Assembly (NCBI GenBank): GCA_016208765.1
Contig: JACQXK010000004.1
Span: forward strand, 148,243 to 212,242
Direction: 5' to 3'
DNA length: 64,000 bases
Source: Candidatus Omnitrophota bacterium
Lineage (GTDB): Bacteria > Omnitrophota > Gorgyraeia > Gygaellales > Profunditerraquicolaceae
In this document: positions 9,301 to 17,200 of the stretch, piece after piece
Layout of the letters: the number at the start of each line of letters is the position of its first letter
Numbering within the stretch: position 1 is the first letter of the stretch
The notes under the pieces: generated by a model
What the model was told of the DNA's origin: nothing
Databases searched by the model: none
Seen by the model: only the letters and a program-made list of their open reading frames with translations
Translations under genes and position numbers: made by a program

Positions 9301-11259
9301 TTCCAAAGTAGCCAAAGCACTAACATTAACGAGGATCAGGCTTCTTTTTTTACCTGAAATCAAATCATCATAATAGCAAACACCTCCTGTCCAAGAACAG
9401 CATGGATAATCTTTGCAAATTTGAGGCTTGCAATCATTATGCAAACAACAGTGGCTTAACCAAGTCAATCTCCCGGATGCATCCATATCCAATACAACCG
9501 CCATTGCGCGGCAAGCAAATGTTTTATAAAGATAAACAAACAAATCTTCCGGAAGGATCTCGTTGCCACAAAATGATCCTAAACTATCTATATCATCAGC
9601 ATGAGCTAAAATCACATCCTTGTTCAAATATCTGCCATCGGCATATTCTTTATTTAATGCACCGGATATTTCAACAGGATGCATAGAGAAGTCATTATGG
9701 TAAGGAAAGAAACAACACAATCCATCTGCGCACTGCTTGCTGCCATCTGGCCTTTCCCCATAAATAAAAGGCAGCAAATCTATTTTTCCATTATTTAGCG
9801 ACGAAGAACTCTCGGCTGGTTTACTATGAACCTGCGCAAACTCAATCTGAAATCTTTCAGAGATGGATAAAGGAGATGAAACGCCTTCTGCGCGAGAAAC
9901 AGAAACGTCAGCTGTTTTACGAAGCACATCCTTAGTTCCAAAAACAAAGAAAGCTGTCTCCCCCCAGCTGGCCAAATAATAATTATTGGTTAGCCCCAAT
10001 TCTCTATTTAAATTAAGCATGCCTCTCTCACCGGCCTTCTTCTCTAGATAATCTAATCCCCACATCCCAAAGAAAATAATCACAGACCTATCTTGAGCAA
10101 GAATTTTAAAAGCATTATTTATGGCTTTTCGCATTTCTACCCGTTTAAATTTGAAATAAACATCACAAAGCATAAAAATCGCAGAAACTGAATTCATTTT
10201 AAAAGGAAGCTTGTTCAAGAAGCTTTCTTTTAAAATATGAAAGTTATTTAAGGGCTTATTTTTGAGATTACTTAGAATAGAATGAATATTCTGAGCATCC
10301 GGCTCAATGCCATAAGTTTGCAAATGGGGATAAATCTCTGCTATTAAACGGGAATCCGCAGCTTCACCACAACCAAAATCAACAACTAAGCTATCTTTTC
10401 TTAAATCAAGTTGCGATAAAATCTTTAGCATTTTATCCCCGCAGAAAATCCTTAAATCAAAAAAATCATTTTTACCCCCGGAATATACATCAGTACAAAA
10501 CGAATACCCATGCTCAGCATCAGCAAATCTTAGCGGGTCGCTCAATTGTCCGGTTACTACCAAATAGTCTCTTAGGCTTTGCATATCCGGATCAAGGACT
10601 TCTTCCACATGAAAATCTATTACAAATTTAGGATATCTTACATTTAGATGCGTTAACTTCGTCAATTCTTGCTCGCTATAAACACCGTATCTTAAAAGCA
10701 ATTCGTCAGGAATAATAATTCTTTCCTTTTCGTTAATCGGGCTAAAAGATTTTCCATAAAGAGGTCCAGATACTTCTATTATTTGACTGACAAGATCCGA
10801 GAATTCCCCTTCCATTGCCGAAGAAGAACAATTCCGGATAGACATAAAATACTTTCCCCTCACAGGGTCACCAGGAATAACAACTCGCGGCATTTCAAAG
10901 ATACGTTCTTTTTCTAGAGAGAAATACTCAACTCTTTCTACCATTAGCGCATTACCGTCAATACCATGAATGGCTGCCCTGATAGTTATTTCGCTTGCTC
11001 CTCTTGCATGGCACCATTGATGAAAGTTTAATGGATTAGCATAATCAATAATCAAGATCTTTCCATACTTATTCAAAAGTGAAAACGCCTGTCTTAAAAC
11101 AAGCTCAATTCCCCTCATGCTGTTTAAAGATTCATTGAACAACACTAAATCAAAACCTCCGGGGGCCGCAATTTCAGGGCAGTTCAAAGCAACACGCTGC
11201 ATAATCTCAATAGCTGCATAAGCACTTCCGACATAAGCACCAGACCAAAAACCACACAT
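1..11259 (-). CDS. Second very long minus-strand ORF (plus coordinates congruent to 1 mod 3), 3'-partial (runs off the left edge, at least 3,750 codons). Very likely the continuation of the giant gene after a -1 frameshift.
   Basis: Manual reverse-complement codon-by-codon translation from the ATG at 11257..11259 (frame opens after TAA at 11266..11268) down to position 1 found no stop and gave coherent domains (methyltransferase motifs, REC, GHKL, transketolase, Fic-like, P-loop kinase, NPPW methyltransferase). Frame consistency was verified at 9259. It is not in the ORF track because it has no in-window stop. The off-frame minus ORF density is consistent with a single open frame. Confidence 0.75.
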   Translation of the reverse strand, partial: MCGFWSGAYVGSAYAAIEIMQRVALNCPEIAAPGGFDLVLFNESLNSMRGIELVLRQAFSLLNKYGKILIIDYANPLNFHQWCHARGASEITIRAAIHGIDGNALMVERVEYFSLEKERIFEMPRVVIPGDPVRGKYFMSIRNCSSSAMEGEFSDLVSQIIEVSGPLYGKSFSPINEKERIIIPDELLLRYGVYSEQELTKLTHLNVRYPKFVIDFHVEEVLDPDMQSLRDYLVVTGQLSDPLRFADAEHGYSFCTDVYSGGKNDFFDLRIFCGDKMLKILSQLDLRKDSLVVDFGCGEAADSRLIAEIYPHLQTYGIEPDAQNIHSILSNLKNKPLNNFHILKESFLNKLPFKMNSVSAIFMLCDVYFKFKRVEMRKAINNAFKILAQDRSVIIFFGMWGLDYLEKKAGERGMLNLNRELGLTNNYYLASWGETAFFVFGTKDVLRKTADVSVSRAEGVSSPLSISERFQIEFAQVHSKPAESSSSLNNGKIDLLPFIYGERPDGSKQCADGLCCFFPYHNDFSMHPVEISGALNKEYADGRYLNKDVILAHADDIDSLGSFCGNEILPEDLFVYLYKTFACRAMAVVLDMDASGRLTWLSHCCLHNDCKPQICKDYPCCSWTGGVCYYDDLISGKKRSLILVNVSALATLEVNNSGFRDGGMFCTEAAMRFLGGQIEKYSLRLGLRAFKINGRFLLLQIPKESVISPVKKDVSVHPAKGSASPIEDNKESAQIKQAAVFNFIGSSRRIIEQLLVCAGKQEFGEEEKGLIIDYGNELLQLVYLIEGACSFDMDFVNVFKDVFGQPAALLMKTKEFRLRKEAIEEQIKHFSDNLERLNKLVEKDLLGQIKKYWIPQDILPASSALEEKADFIRIIEEYNSILNTKPWLPRARLSASKFPGLVHSYNAITGKLISSRESSRKLGGRRLFRVKGHTRISPLISGNFLYDSLEFFNGCTFLIIVVLTTKGEKIVLIHDNLPVYSTRNYYLKTLPDNFDYRNARGYLICRADYLKEYEEILKIASGRGNGFISKASDISVLTYSRLWSYNFLISPQHGIAYIRQNSSTFSAKELWIQRVLLWSDLGFNPFVEVTVSSPVPENNKKGCNIRLPDEIIQKRVLVAEDDDDLQMTIKGHFEHYNSWVRKKGKGVLIEYVMVSNGLEASRLLDSKKSFDILITDCCMPGMTGPVLIRRARNIGLTIPIIAMSSDSDLYRRDVFDAGADFFMPKPLSYSVLIGLAFISLTRPRSSASSSLAGVSSVVEEKSKPGLSESNDLFAVLMRYLDSGDRQGFVNRFPFKDYKFVSTFDEPRETFEYDDGLVSPLSGRCKFMAEDTVREAYKQPTSLEEAAGKVAHELALNTEYIPADRNMIILCRMVQGRNSDKGNIFELLAVDNGLGIDKRIVFPADLFERTRPRRGCGFANLYNLLIWFDAAVLFVEAKGIRDSYEFNYNQACAEILFTRKEIHLEQVGTRIYIAVLSGRGDGNYLPQRIIFKPKNQSSSPATDASLAQEKGPSFPNSSETVSKSIGTVGKQGASSAAVSKSNRIYAREYIESVNKVFRKFKKTVLSSEIALSASFIYGTARILEIRRDWEAKTKEQVLLRVFKGLFEVILREIEYSRKPNKDEEALIKIAVQISRSFCDKYGFSFQDFSKDVLFGRILQHMPTADGMLTPFYHKIILNENKFQACNTNRKIMMILHEAFHYIAQGNGITWVNEGVVEWLAITAYMEFSNQAISLQLARSKTVFMLFSSFETGFKPEFPSPAGSLIGGIIRLILSDYGITIKEFLSIYMRGDMPAFIELFGEETIIKMEELDTYFRSHNSLAFYMGGETLLRDLMIKKISDNSGDAIFNSRNDTSSAAEDKGRFHHNSSSAIRIKGNGPKILFTQKDLELVAAWVRKDAFDMIRMSGAGHFGATYSVTDILVSLYFDGHLIIDDWQNRDRLILSEGHAAASLYSILSIFGFFERRELNNFRKYGSILNAHPCAYLTPGIEASTGSLGQGLGRGIGMALADKIDGRSRHTYVIFGDGESEEGQISEAAAVAPFLGLSNLIAIMDKNNLQLSGPTSKNTRTCNSAFWRMSGWRVIETDGHDFAALGKALRQARKQTKMPTIIIANTIMGKGISYMEKDSLKGNSRWHHGQPSPRLFRQGEAELIAKINLLEKQTRLTLEQLIHKCNSDRPKEPIRKMPEDATDSVEAEAMFFSSEKMIPENNTSAFIQSLIQLANSDTRIILLTSDLTGSHSLGIHVFKKEFPGRYYDIGIREQCMANISAGLADSGKRPVIVVYEAMVNLMAEQIRFIAQDNLPVIVWGAVGGVTSAMGGRSHQSSYEPALYKYIPGLAYFEPSDQNETYQLVKLALNRQGPVYFRTSRLSIPLLDRGCSSQPSKGAYVIKGEDIEHPDVIIIATGAIMKNVLEATSWLRRQNITARIINVTRLDNESLKENLKRLIIDGVPIITIHDAKKEILADTVSGIVTSFPETRNPVLALGINNWGAANGDRDPEATIKDSGLGVGGICASVNEFIIATARRKEERRKGNSGSSAILDSDEGTSSAVLKEPSFPNNLETVSKSIGTVGKRGAHSSVKNSGHFYHNSSSAIEKEVNGPEIATSCELINYLVCANRPLTEEDVILLNCLYFREYDLRSDLAGKYRSGLSCKIRDIVLDEGCQGDIVKTFPIFTGKEISEGVKSILDLLNNNPDKLGIIDLISEAHWRFIMELHPFWDKNGHTIRGVMNIFLNRWGMPKFELKEDSLEESEYFLSQSGRDPEAFNGKDQFSRIPYEAHDAYRKRNFFAYMHKFFLKRINLVGNNEPGFDPEKMCSSALKDKIDGIGLLIECLEQLSMPLEFSLSLYHRLKAAVKANRFIDFMSFILNPKYSSQTKINNCYSKIKDSNGKRAKEASPEELILALFWYAKLAENEGLSRCMKFAFCLWARENKRKNFVTNQLSFCAFELYSYLCMQLDKRSKYAESLRLLKYIYFSEMNEDSGSCNPVPIFWLFYDLNCYSDPLWVLGEIGEILRGDYPFKLKAAAKQAILKVSQFSSVVLETGPPEEGIVLIPFNPQKNPSSFSVGNSGDTILNSKFNSENGASSVVLKGPSFPNNSETVSDSFGTVGKRSATSAALVTTQGRMEVSPIFPDAKATIFPAQAVSLLKELIEDKMLETDFYRPILVAVDGESGVGKSEFCKELVKLMKIDGTLHLRVDDFARPYGEEFLWVFFDELTTESFKRHVESLLLQNRRRVIVIDSIFILLLQDLLGIKFDITVYVWADEKTRYYNLKQRGNVCFGEPRIREFYQVHKISPDYDLIVHNCIGKRLNERESAVWQDEDWQGISRIPAQPKDELERLGLYFNDKYRQFLEKMRYKRVDRYGYNISTIHMLKEKILSAMRLNPDKALVVALDGNSVFETATAEKIKYALGLEGINVVLIHGDLLTRVRMQRHRWQDHELSHNEISVNDNKISSRKIVLRGLLRSIRNFNKGRENELIYELKDLYDEDGCGELTLPPQLLTINRQRSVVIIERNYLLVRQWRKYFDLKIQMLVNPLVGLQRSMPLDNYKGTSRVKEIFWRINTPSFMHYLEHCCLPDIAIISDNWGNFSASSAVSPMWLTNNYDGSIYSASSAVRARIELFHISTLSSSPLRIRATKTTFPNNEPQLADMAVDVIGQNIHTGCRLLEIGTGSGILTAAIAMSSKNVEGVRFVATDINRDAFDDAVSNLSGFKNVKVCCGDLYDCLGPNERFHRIFSNPPWYDKCGHKVLRTLAMY
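600..1130 (-). other. Degenerate PRK-like (pseudokinase) domain: Walker A replaced by ALDGNSVFETAT, family tail retained (VVIIERNYLLVRQWRKYFDLKIQMLVNP)
   Basis: Fold-level motif order retained; the P-loop lysine is lost. Confidence 0.3.
1350..1800 (-). other. PRK/uridine-kinase-family P-loop kinase domain, second copy (VAVDGESGVGKSEF ... VIVIDSIFIL ... DITVYVWADEKTRYYNLKQRG)
   Basis: Walker A GESGVGKS anchored at about 1740..1795. Confidence 0.5.
1918..2030. repeat. Linker cassette copy L1 (core CCCACTGTCCCG at 1943..1954, palindrome GGAAACAGTTTCC; peptide ASSVVLKGPSFPNNSETVSDSFGTVGKRSATSAA)
   Basis: Direct nucleotide-level similarity to copies L2, L4 and L5. Confidence 0.8.
2880..3420 (-). 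other. Fic/Doc-like domain with a variant motif HPFWDKNGHTIR (canonical HPFx[DE]GNGRxxR)
   Basis: Motif at about 3090..3130; the Gly-to-Lys and Arg-to-His changes suggest altered or no AMPylation activity. Confidence 0.35.
3484..3670. repeat. Linker cassette copy L2 (ATGGCAGAGCTGGAGTTATGAT, then the CCCACTGTCCCGATTGATTTGGAAACAGTTTCC core at about 3550, then CACCGCCGAGGATG; peptide SSAVLKEPSFPNNLETVSKSIGTVGKRGAHSSV...HNSSSAI)
   Basis: Read directly. Confidence 0.85.
3750..5640 (-). other. Complete transketolase-like unit: TPP-binding N domain (GHAAASLYSIL; GDGESEEGQISEAA), pyrimidine-binding domain and C-terminal domain
   Basis: Signature transketolase motifs in the correct order over about 620 aa; bracketed by linker cassettes at 5650..5750 and 3484..3670. 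Confidence 0.65.
5650..5750. repeat. Linker cassette copy L3, partial (ATGGCAGAGCTGGAGTTATGATGG ... CTGCCGCCGAGGAGG; peptide TSSAAEDKGRFHHNSSSAI), without the PIGTVGK core
   Basis: The 24-nt ATGGCAGAGCTGGAGTTATGAT is identical to that in L2. Confidence 0.7.
6140..6200 (-). other. HExxH zincin-like motif with a downstream Glu (MMILHEAFHYIAQGNGITWVNEG)
   Basis: HExxH plus NEG 14 residues later (gluzincin-like spacing); domain limits unknown. Confidence 0.3.
6650..6780. repeat. Linker cassette copy L4 (CTTACCCACTGTCCCGATTGATTTGGAAACAGTTTCCGAGCTGTTAGGGAAACTGGGCCC; peptide GPSFPNSSETVSKSIGTVGKQGASSAAV)
   Basis: Nearly identical to L2 over about 60 nt. Confidence 0.85.
6960..7170 (-). other. GHKL/HATPase_c-like domain 3 (LAVDNGLGIDK; GCGFANLYNLL) immediately after the REC domain
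   Basis: D-box and G-box motifs. Confidence 0.4.
7560..7930 (-). other. Response-regulator receiver (REC) domain, canonical (VLVAEDDDD ... DILITDCCMPGMTG ... AMSSD ... MPKP)
   Basis: Acidic pocket, phospho-acceptor Asp, Thr/Ser and Lys positions all present. Confidence 0.6.
10130..10480 (-). other. Class-I SAM methyltransferase domain (VVDFGCGEAADSRLIAEIYPHLQTYGIEPDAQN)
   Basis: Motif I plus an acidic residue in the GIEPD stretch; in the downstream frame. Confidence 0.5.
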
Positions 11260-11268
11260 CCATTTTTA
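11184..11268 (-). other. Frameshift junction splitting a class-I SAM methyltransferase domain (motif I, VGCGDGS, is in the upstream frame; post-I and motif II/III, FDLVLFNESL...LLNKYGKILIID, are in the -1 frame). Candidate one-nucleotide indel near the TTTTT/GGTCTGG run at 11238..11250.
   Basis: The giant frame reads ...ILSVGCGDGSLEKLLLKNGCVVFG then nonsense and a stop. The overlapping -1 frame reads ...GAYVGSAYAAIEIMQRVALNCPEIAAPGGFDLVLFNESLNSMRGIELVLRQAFSLLNKYGKILIIDYANP, matching the equivalent stretch of the two other methyltransferase copies in this gene (GISVEGWELDRQLY / GINVFGCEFNNSLY). Confidence 0.6.
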
Positions 11269-14200
11269 AGCAAAAGTTTTTCTAAGCTTCCATCTCCACA
11301 GCCTACTGAAAGAATCCTGGTTTTATTCCCGGCACAAGACTCTAATATTAATCCAAGAATGAATTTTCTGTATCCTAAGCATGATATCGTATCCGTACTC
11401 ATTGTTTTCCTATCTATGTTGTCATAAATTTGCCGCAATACCTGGGAGTAAACCCTCTCCAAGAAAGAACTCCAATTATCAATCGGAGCCAAAAACGCAC
11501 TAATAATTGCCTCGTTTAAAGGAAACTTAGTTACACTTCCTTCCTTTTGATAGGCTTCAGCGCTTTTCAAATCTTCAAAATATAAATAAAGCAGAATGAA
11601 AAAACGCAATAAATCCTGATAGCTTAATAAATTAGCAGAAAAATAGCTGACAACTTCTCTCAGGAAAACGCATATTTTCAGTTCCACTTCTTCTCCAAAC
11701 ATGGAAGATAATCTAAGAATAAGAATTCTATCCGCTTCAGCATCATTAACCATGCCAGAAAAATTTTCGTTATCAACCATGCAAGATACTTTCTTAACCA
11801 AGCCACTATGCTTTCCATCATCGGATAATAACTGCAAAAGGCTATTTAAGTCATATTTACTTACTGTCTTACTCCCAAGCGCAGAAGACACACAAGAATT
11901 ATCCATGTAAACTTCACATAAATTTCCATTAGCAAGAGATTTAAGAACGGAGGAAGAACTATATCCATTGTTAACGATAGAGAATTTTGTTCCCAGATTC
12001 ATTCGGCACCAAAAACTATTGTTGATTATTAAATCGTACTCTGGAGTAAAAGCGTAAATATGCGGCAGCTTGATAGACATCTGTATTGCTTTCTCATTAG
12101 AAACTCCCCTTGATATAAGATTCCTTCGGCGAGTGGCCGGACTGGCGCGAATATTTAATTTTATATCAAACTGCGCACCCAACTTAAGAAGATATTCTTC
12201 AAGATACAATGCTTTGAACCCCTCAACAATAAGCACCTCTGTCCGGACATCTTTCAAAACCAAAGATACCTTATCTCTCAAACTATACCAATCAATTATT
12301 TCACATAACTGTTTAGATTCATTTTTATAATTTACGACAAAGTCATCAATATGCAAAACTTGCACCCTATAATCTTCTCTTAAAAGCGCATAAGAAATAG
12401 TTGTTTTACCCACAGCCTTCTTCCCATCAATGCAAACTAACACTGTTGTCCCTAAGGAAAGCTGGCCTTTTTTAAAATCAATTACCTCTTTTAAATATCC
12501 AAATGCCCATTTTGCCGGAACCGGTATTCCTAAAAAGTTCATAAATAATGAGGCTAATAATTTCAGGAAATTAATCGTTCTATAGATAACTGGCGACGCT
12601 TTAATATTTTGACCCACCGCAGAAGAAGAAATTGAGTCAATTTTAAACATTAGCTTCTCGCGAAAATCCCTATATCCTTTTTGCTTATTTATAAAATCAT
12701 AATAAACAACATTCCTGCTAATATTGTCGCGGAATGTTTCATCAAACCCTATCAATAACGTTGGAACAAGTATTCCTTGTTTCTCAATATCTCTTATCAA
12801 TCCAAGCCCCTGATTGTCTTTTAATTCGCAATCAATAATAAACACATTAAATTTTTTAGTTCTTAACAAGCATAAAGCCGCATCTTTGTCGCTAACAAAA
12901 CTACGCTCAATTTCAATTGATCTTCCTTGGTCATTTAAGAAATAGTTAAACGAATCAAAATACTGAATTATATCTCTACGCAATGGAGCAAAATCAGTTA
13001 CAACTAATACCTCCACAGTTATACTACTAGAGCTCGCTCTGCCTCTAATCTTAACCGCAGATGAAACGCTCCTCTCTTTGTTAATATTACCTAAAGTTTT
13101 TCTTAGTTTATTTTTAAGCTCCTCTGGGCCTTTTACCAATATCGCCTTTATTCCGATTGCCTTTGCCGGTTCAATATCAGTTTGCTTGTTATCCCCCAGA
13201 GAAACACATAAATCAGCAGAAACTCCCAGCTGATTAAGAAGCCACACAAAATCCTTAACACCGGCAGAACCCTGAGCAGAATAAACCGCGTTAAATAAAT
13301 CATAAATTTCTAATATTCTAAGCACCTCTTCAGCAGTTATTTTTGCGGAACTTGTATACAGAATAAATTTATACCTGCCGGTGGCTTTAAGCTCAGCAAG
13401 AAGCATTTTTAATTCCTGGTCAGGAGTTTTTAAATATTTGCTAACTTGAATACCGGCTTGAGCCATAAATTTCTCTTCAGCAGATATCCCAAGAGCTTTT
13501 AAAACTTCTACATCCTGCACCCAACTGTTGCTTTTACCCTTTAATTCATTTCTAACAACACTAAACTTCCTCTTTGCGTGATTTATTGCAGGCAATTTTA
13601 ATTGTGCTTGGATTAGCGCATAAACTAAATTCATATATGCAGCGATAAGGCTGCGGCAATTATGCAAGGTTTTGTCTAAATCAAAAATTAGATAATAAAT
13701 CGGGCTGGATGAAGTTGGGAAGTTATAAATAGCAGGAGCTGTGGCAGCTATTTGTGCCGGCGGTGCCCTGCCACGCACAGCTAAATCCCAACCTGAAATA
13801 TTAGTGATGTTTCTATTTTCCTTATCCAGCGCTGAAGACGCCCGGCTGATTATTGCGTTAGCAGCAGCATCCGGACTAATCTGCCAGAAATATTCTGCGG
13901 GTTTTTTCCTAAAATCACTGCGATATCTTGACCATGCTCTATCTAATTTATTCTGCGGTATACTTTTTGTAAGGCGCAAAAAACAATCAGCTTGTATTTG
14001 CGACCACGTCCGCCATAACGGCTTGGGAAGGCCCGCAAACCTTTCCCAGTATATATCCGGAATAATTGCCGCGTTTATTCTTCCAAGCCCTTGGCGCTTT
14101 GCAGTTAACCCAGTAACAAAGAAACCAACGGAAGAATAATACTCTGTTAACCCGTTCTTCAATTTTGCTTCTTCTTCATCCAAACCGCAAATAGCCCAAA

Positions 14201-17200
14201 GCACAAAATGGTGTATCTTGATCATAAAATTTCCCAAATTACTTATTTCTTGAACTCTCTTTGACTCGTAATTATTCCTTTCAGCGAATGCATAGGCAAA
14301 GTTCAACTCTTTACCGGCGGCTACGCGAAAATCAGGCCCATAATCCTGCAGCTTGAATTTCAAGCTATCCCAGCGATCTTTGGTTACAGGAAAAAAGAAT
14401 TTAGTTTCCTCACCTTTCAAGAGTTTTAAAATATCAAACCCATATGCCTGCTTAAGATAAAATAAAGCCGACAGATCATCCATAGAAAGAGGCTCGCCAA
14501 AATCACTGATATTAATCCCAACGCCCTTCCCATTCTTTTCCCGGAGGGAATATATAATTTGAATAAGCTCATTAATGAATTCTGCTATTTTTATAGTTAT
14601 ATTACTCCTAATATTTAAATCTTGCTGCAACTCTAAAACGATTTTTCCTGCTATAATTTCACCAAAATTTTCCGGCGGGCTTGCAGAATGCTCCATATAC
14701 ACCAATGCTTTTTCTGCTCTGGCGGCTGCTGGAGAAGAAACGACATCATCATTTCCTACTTCTGTCAGAAACTCCCGCAAAAGTTTTGTATAACCTCCTA
14801 ACATGTGAACTTCGTGCCCGCGATAAAAATCTACAAAACCACAAACCTTAACACCATTATATTCTAATTTCTCTACAATCTTTTGCTGACAATCAAATAC
14901 AACTATAGGATCCCGAGTGCCTCCCATCCAAAATACCGGACAAGTAATTTTAGAAATTATATCCCCATCAAACACGCTGCCTTCTTTTTCCAAATCCATA
15001 TCTCTTATCATTAAAATATCCCAAATAATTGTAGAAACTGGAGTTTGCTTACCACGAAAAAATAAATCATCAAAAAACTTTTCAGGAATAGGATTAAATA
15101 AATGTGCAATTCTGCCGAATATTTTCTTCACAATACTGCCTGATAATTTAGAATTTAAAACTCCGTCACGATAAAGCTTGTCAGCAAAACTAAGCATCAT
15201 TAAATAAGCCTTAAGGCTCTTTTGGTTATTCCTAGAGGCATTATCAATCGCCTTAACCGCGCCAAGAAAATACTTCTCAAATAAATAATAAAACTTCTTC
15301 AATGATTTCGGGTATAAAGAATGCAAGAAATTAGCTGAACCCGCAGAAATAACCAGCGCTCTGACTAATCCCGGTTTTAAAGCAGCGAAGCACATTGAAA
15401 GCGCAGCACCCATACTGTGTCCAAAAACAAAAGCTTTTTCTATATTTAACTTCTCAAAAACCAATAATAAATCATTTGCCCTTACTTTTGCCTGAGGAGG
15501 TGCTGTGCCTAATGTTGAACCGTTATACCCACGCCAAGAAACACAAACGATCCTAAATCCGTCTTCAAGTAAAGCCCGAATCTGACAAGCCCAGTCTTTT
15601 AAAGGATCTCCCACGAGAAAACCATGCAAAAATACAGCTGTTGGGCCATTATCATTGCCGCCATACATAAATTTTATTTTGGCACCATCACTAGTAATAA
15701 TTTCGCTGTGACAAAAATTAAGAGACCTTAAGAAATGCACTGCTCCTTCCCATTCCGAAAAACCGCCAGCATAATCCCCAAATACTTCTTCAGGCTTCAT
15801 TTCAATTGGCGATGAAGAAAAATCTCCATTTTTAAAAATAACTCCGGCATCTTTCTGGCTAAAACCACCATCAATAGTAAAAAAGCGATGCGAGAATTTA
15901 TTTCTTAATAAATCCCAAGGATAATATTCAGGCATAAAAACTACAAAACAAGCGCCTTCTTTTAATGTCTGGGCAACATAGGCCTCCAATAAATCCAAAC
16001 GATCAGTACCACAACCGCCATAATAATGGTAAAGCAGATTATAATCTCCCAAAGGCGCCTTTAAGAAATCTCCTTGCATGAACCTAACCTGTCCTTCTCT
16101 TATCGTTCGTCTCTTATTTGGCGATAGATACAGAGATTGCCACGAAAGAGCAAGTTGATACAAAGAGTTGTTAAATTCACAGCCGAAAACATTAATGCCG
16201 AATAAACAAGCCGCCATAACATCAAAGAATCCATTTCCTGAACCAAGATCAAACAAATTAATCTCGGAAGGATTCAAATGAATTTCTCTTATTGCCTTAG
16301 ACAATAAAACAATTGCTTCCGGCCCGGAGGGCCAATGCAGGCCCTTTTCAGTTTTCTTTTTTAAACCTGAGAAATATTTCTTAAAGAAATCAGACGCGTT
16401 TTCTCTGCTTATCAGCTCATCAAATTGCCAATTTAAGAAACTTATAATAAAATCTAATGCTCTTTCCCAAGCCTGCTTGTCATATTCATCGGCGCTTAAA
16501 GGCAGGCGATTATTTTCTATGACCGCCGAGGAGGCGCGGGTTTTGATTGCTTGGGTTAACGCAGATGAGGAGCCGTTAGAAGGATTACAGCGGTTATCAG
16601 ATTTAACTTCCTCCCAAATCTTATAGAAGAATTTCTTAAATTCTGAGCTTAAGTTTTCAGGAGACGTAAAATTGACTCTGAGCATTTGCTCAAAATCTTC
16701 ATTAGAGCTTTCCTGGAGATAATACCGGAATTGATTATAAAATGCTTCTCTCTCATAAGCTGAAGCTAAATATTCTTGAGATGAACGATAGGCGCCTAAT
16801 TTTATATCGGGATTACTAACCCACTGCTTGTGATGTGTTAATACGTGTACTAAAATCAGGGGCAATTTAGATGAATTAACATAATTTTGGTTAATAATAA
16901 TTGCGTAGCCCTGCTCAGAATTAAGTTTTGTTTTCAATCCTTGCTCAAATACAACAAATTCCTCAAGAATAACTGGTTTTGAATAAAAAGTTGCGCCAAA
17001 AATATACGTGCCAAGCTTTTCAAAATAGTAATCCGGCATGGTAATAATATTTAGCGCTCCTGCCTCTTCTTGCGTTATCCCGAAGTACTTAACAACATCC
17101 GGGGAAACTTTATTAATATCTAAACTCCTGGAATCATTCCTATAAGAATTAACAAATGTCCGATAAAAATCATCTCTATATAAAGATTCAATCGTGCTGC

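Noticed and set aside
12080-12450. Calling the P-loop domains AAA+ or ABC ATPases
   Set aside because: The Walker A is followed by the IVEG...D.K....RRxxxRG tail characteristic of the PRK/uridine-kinase family. No Walker B hhhhDE, ABC signature LSGGQ or arginine finger was seen.
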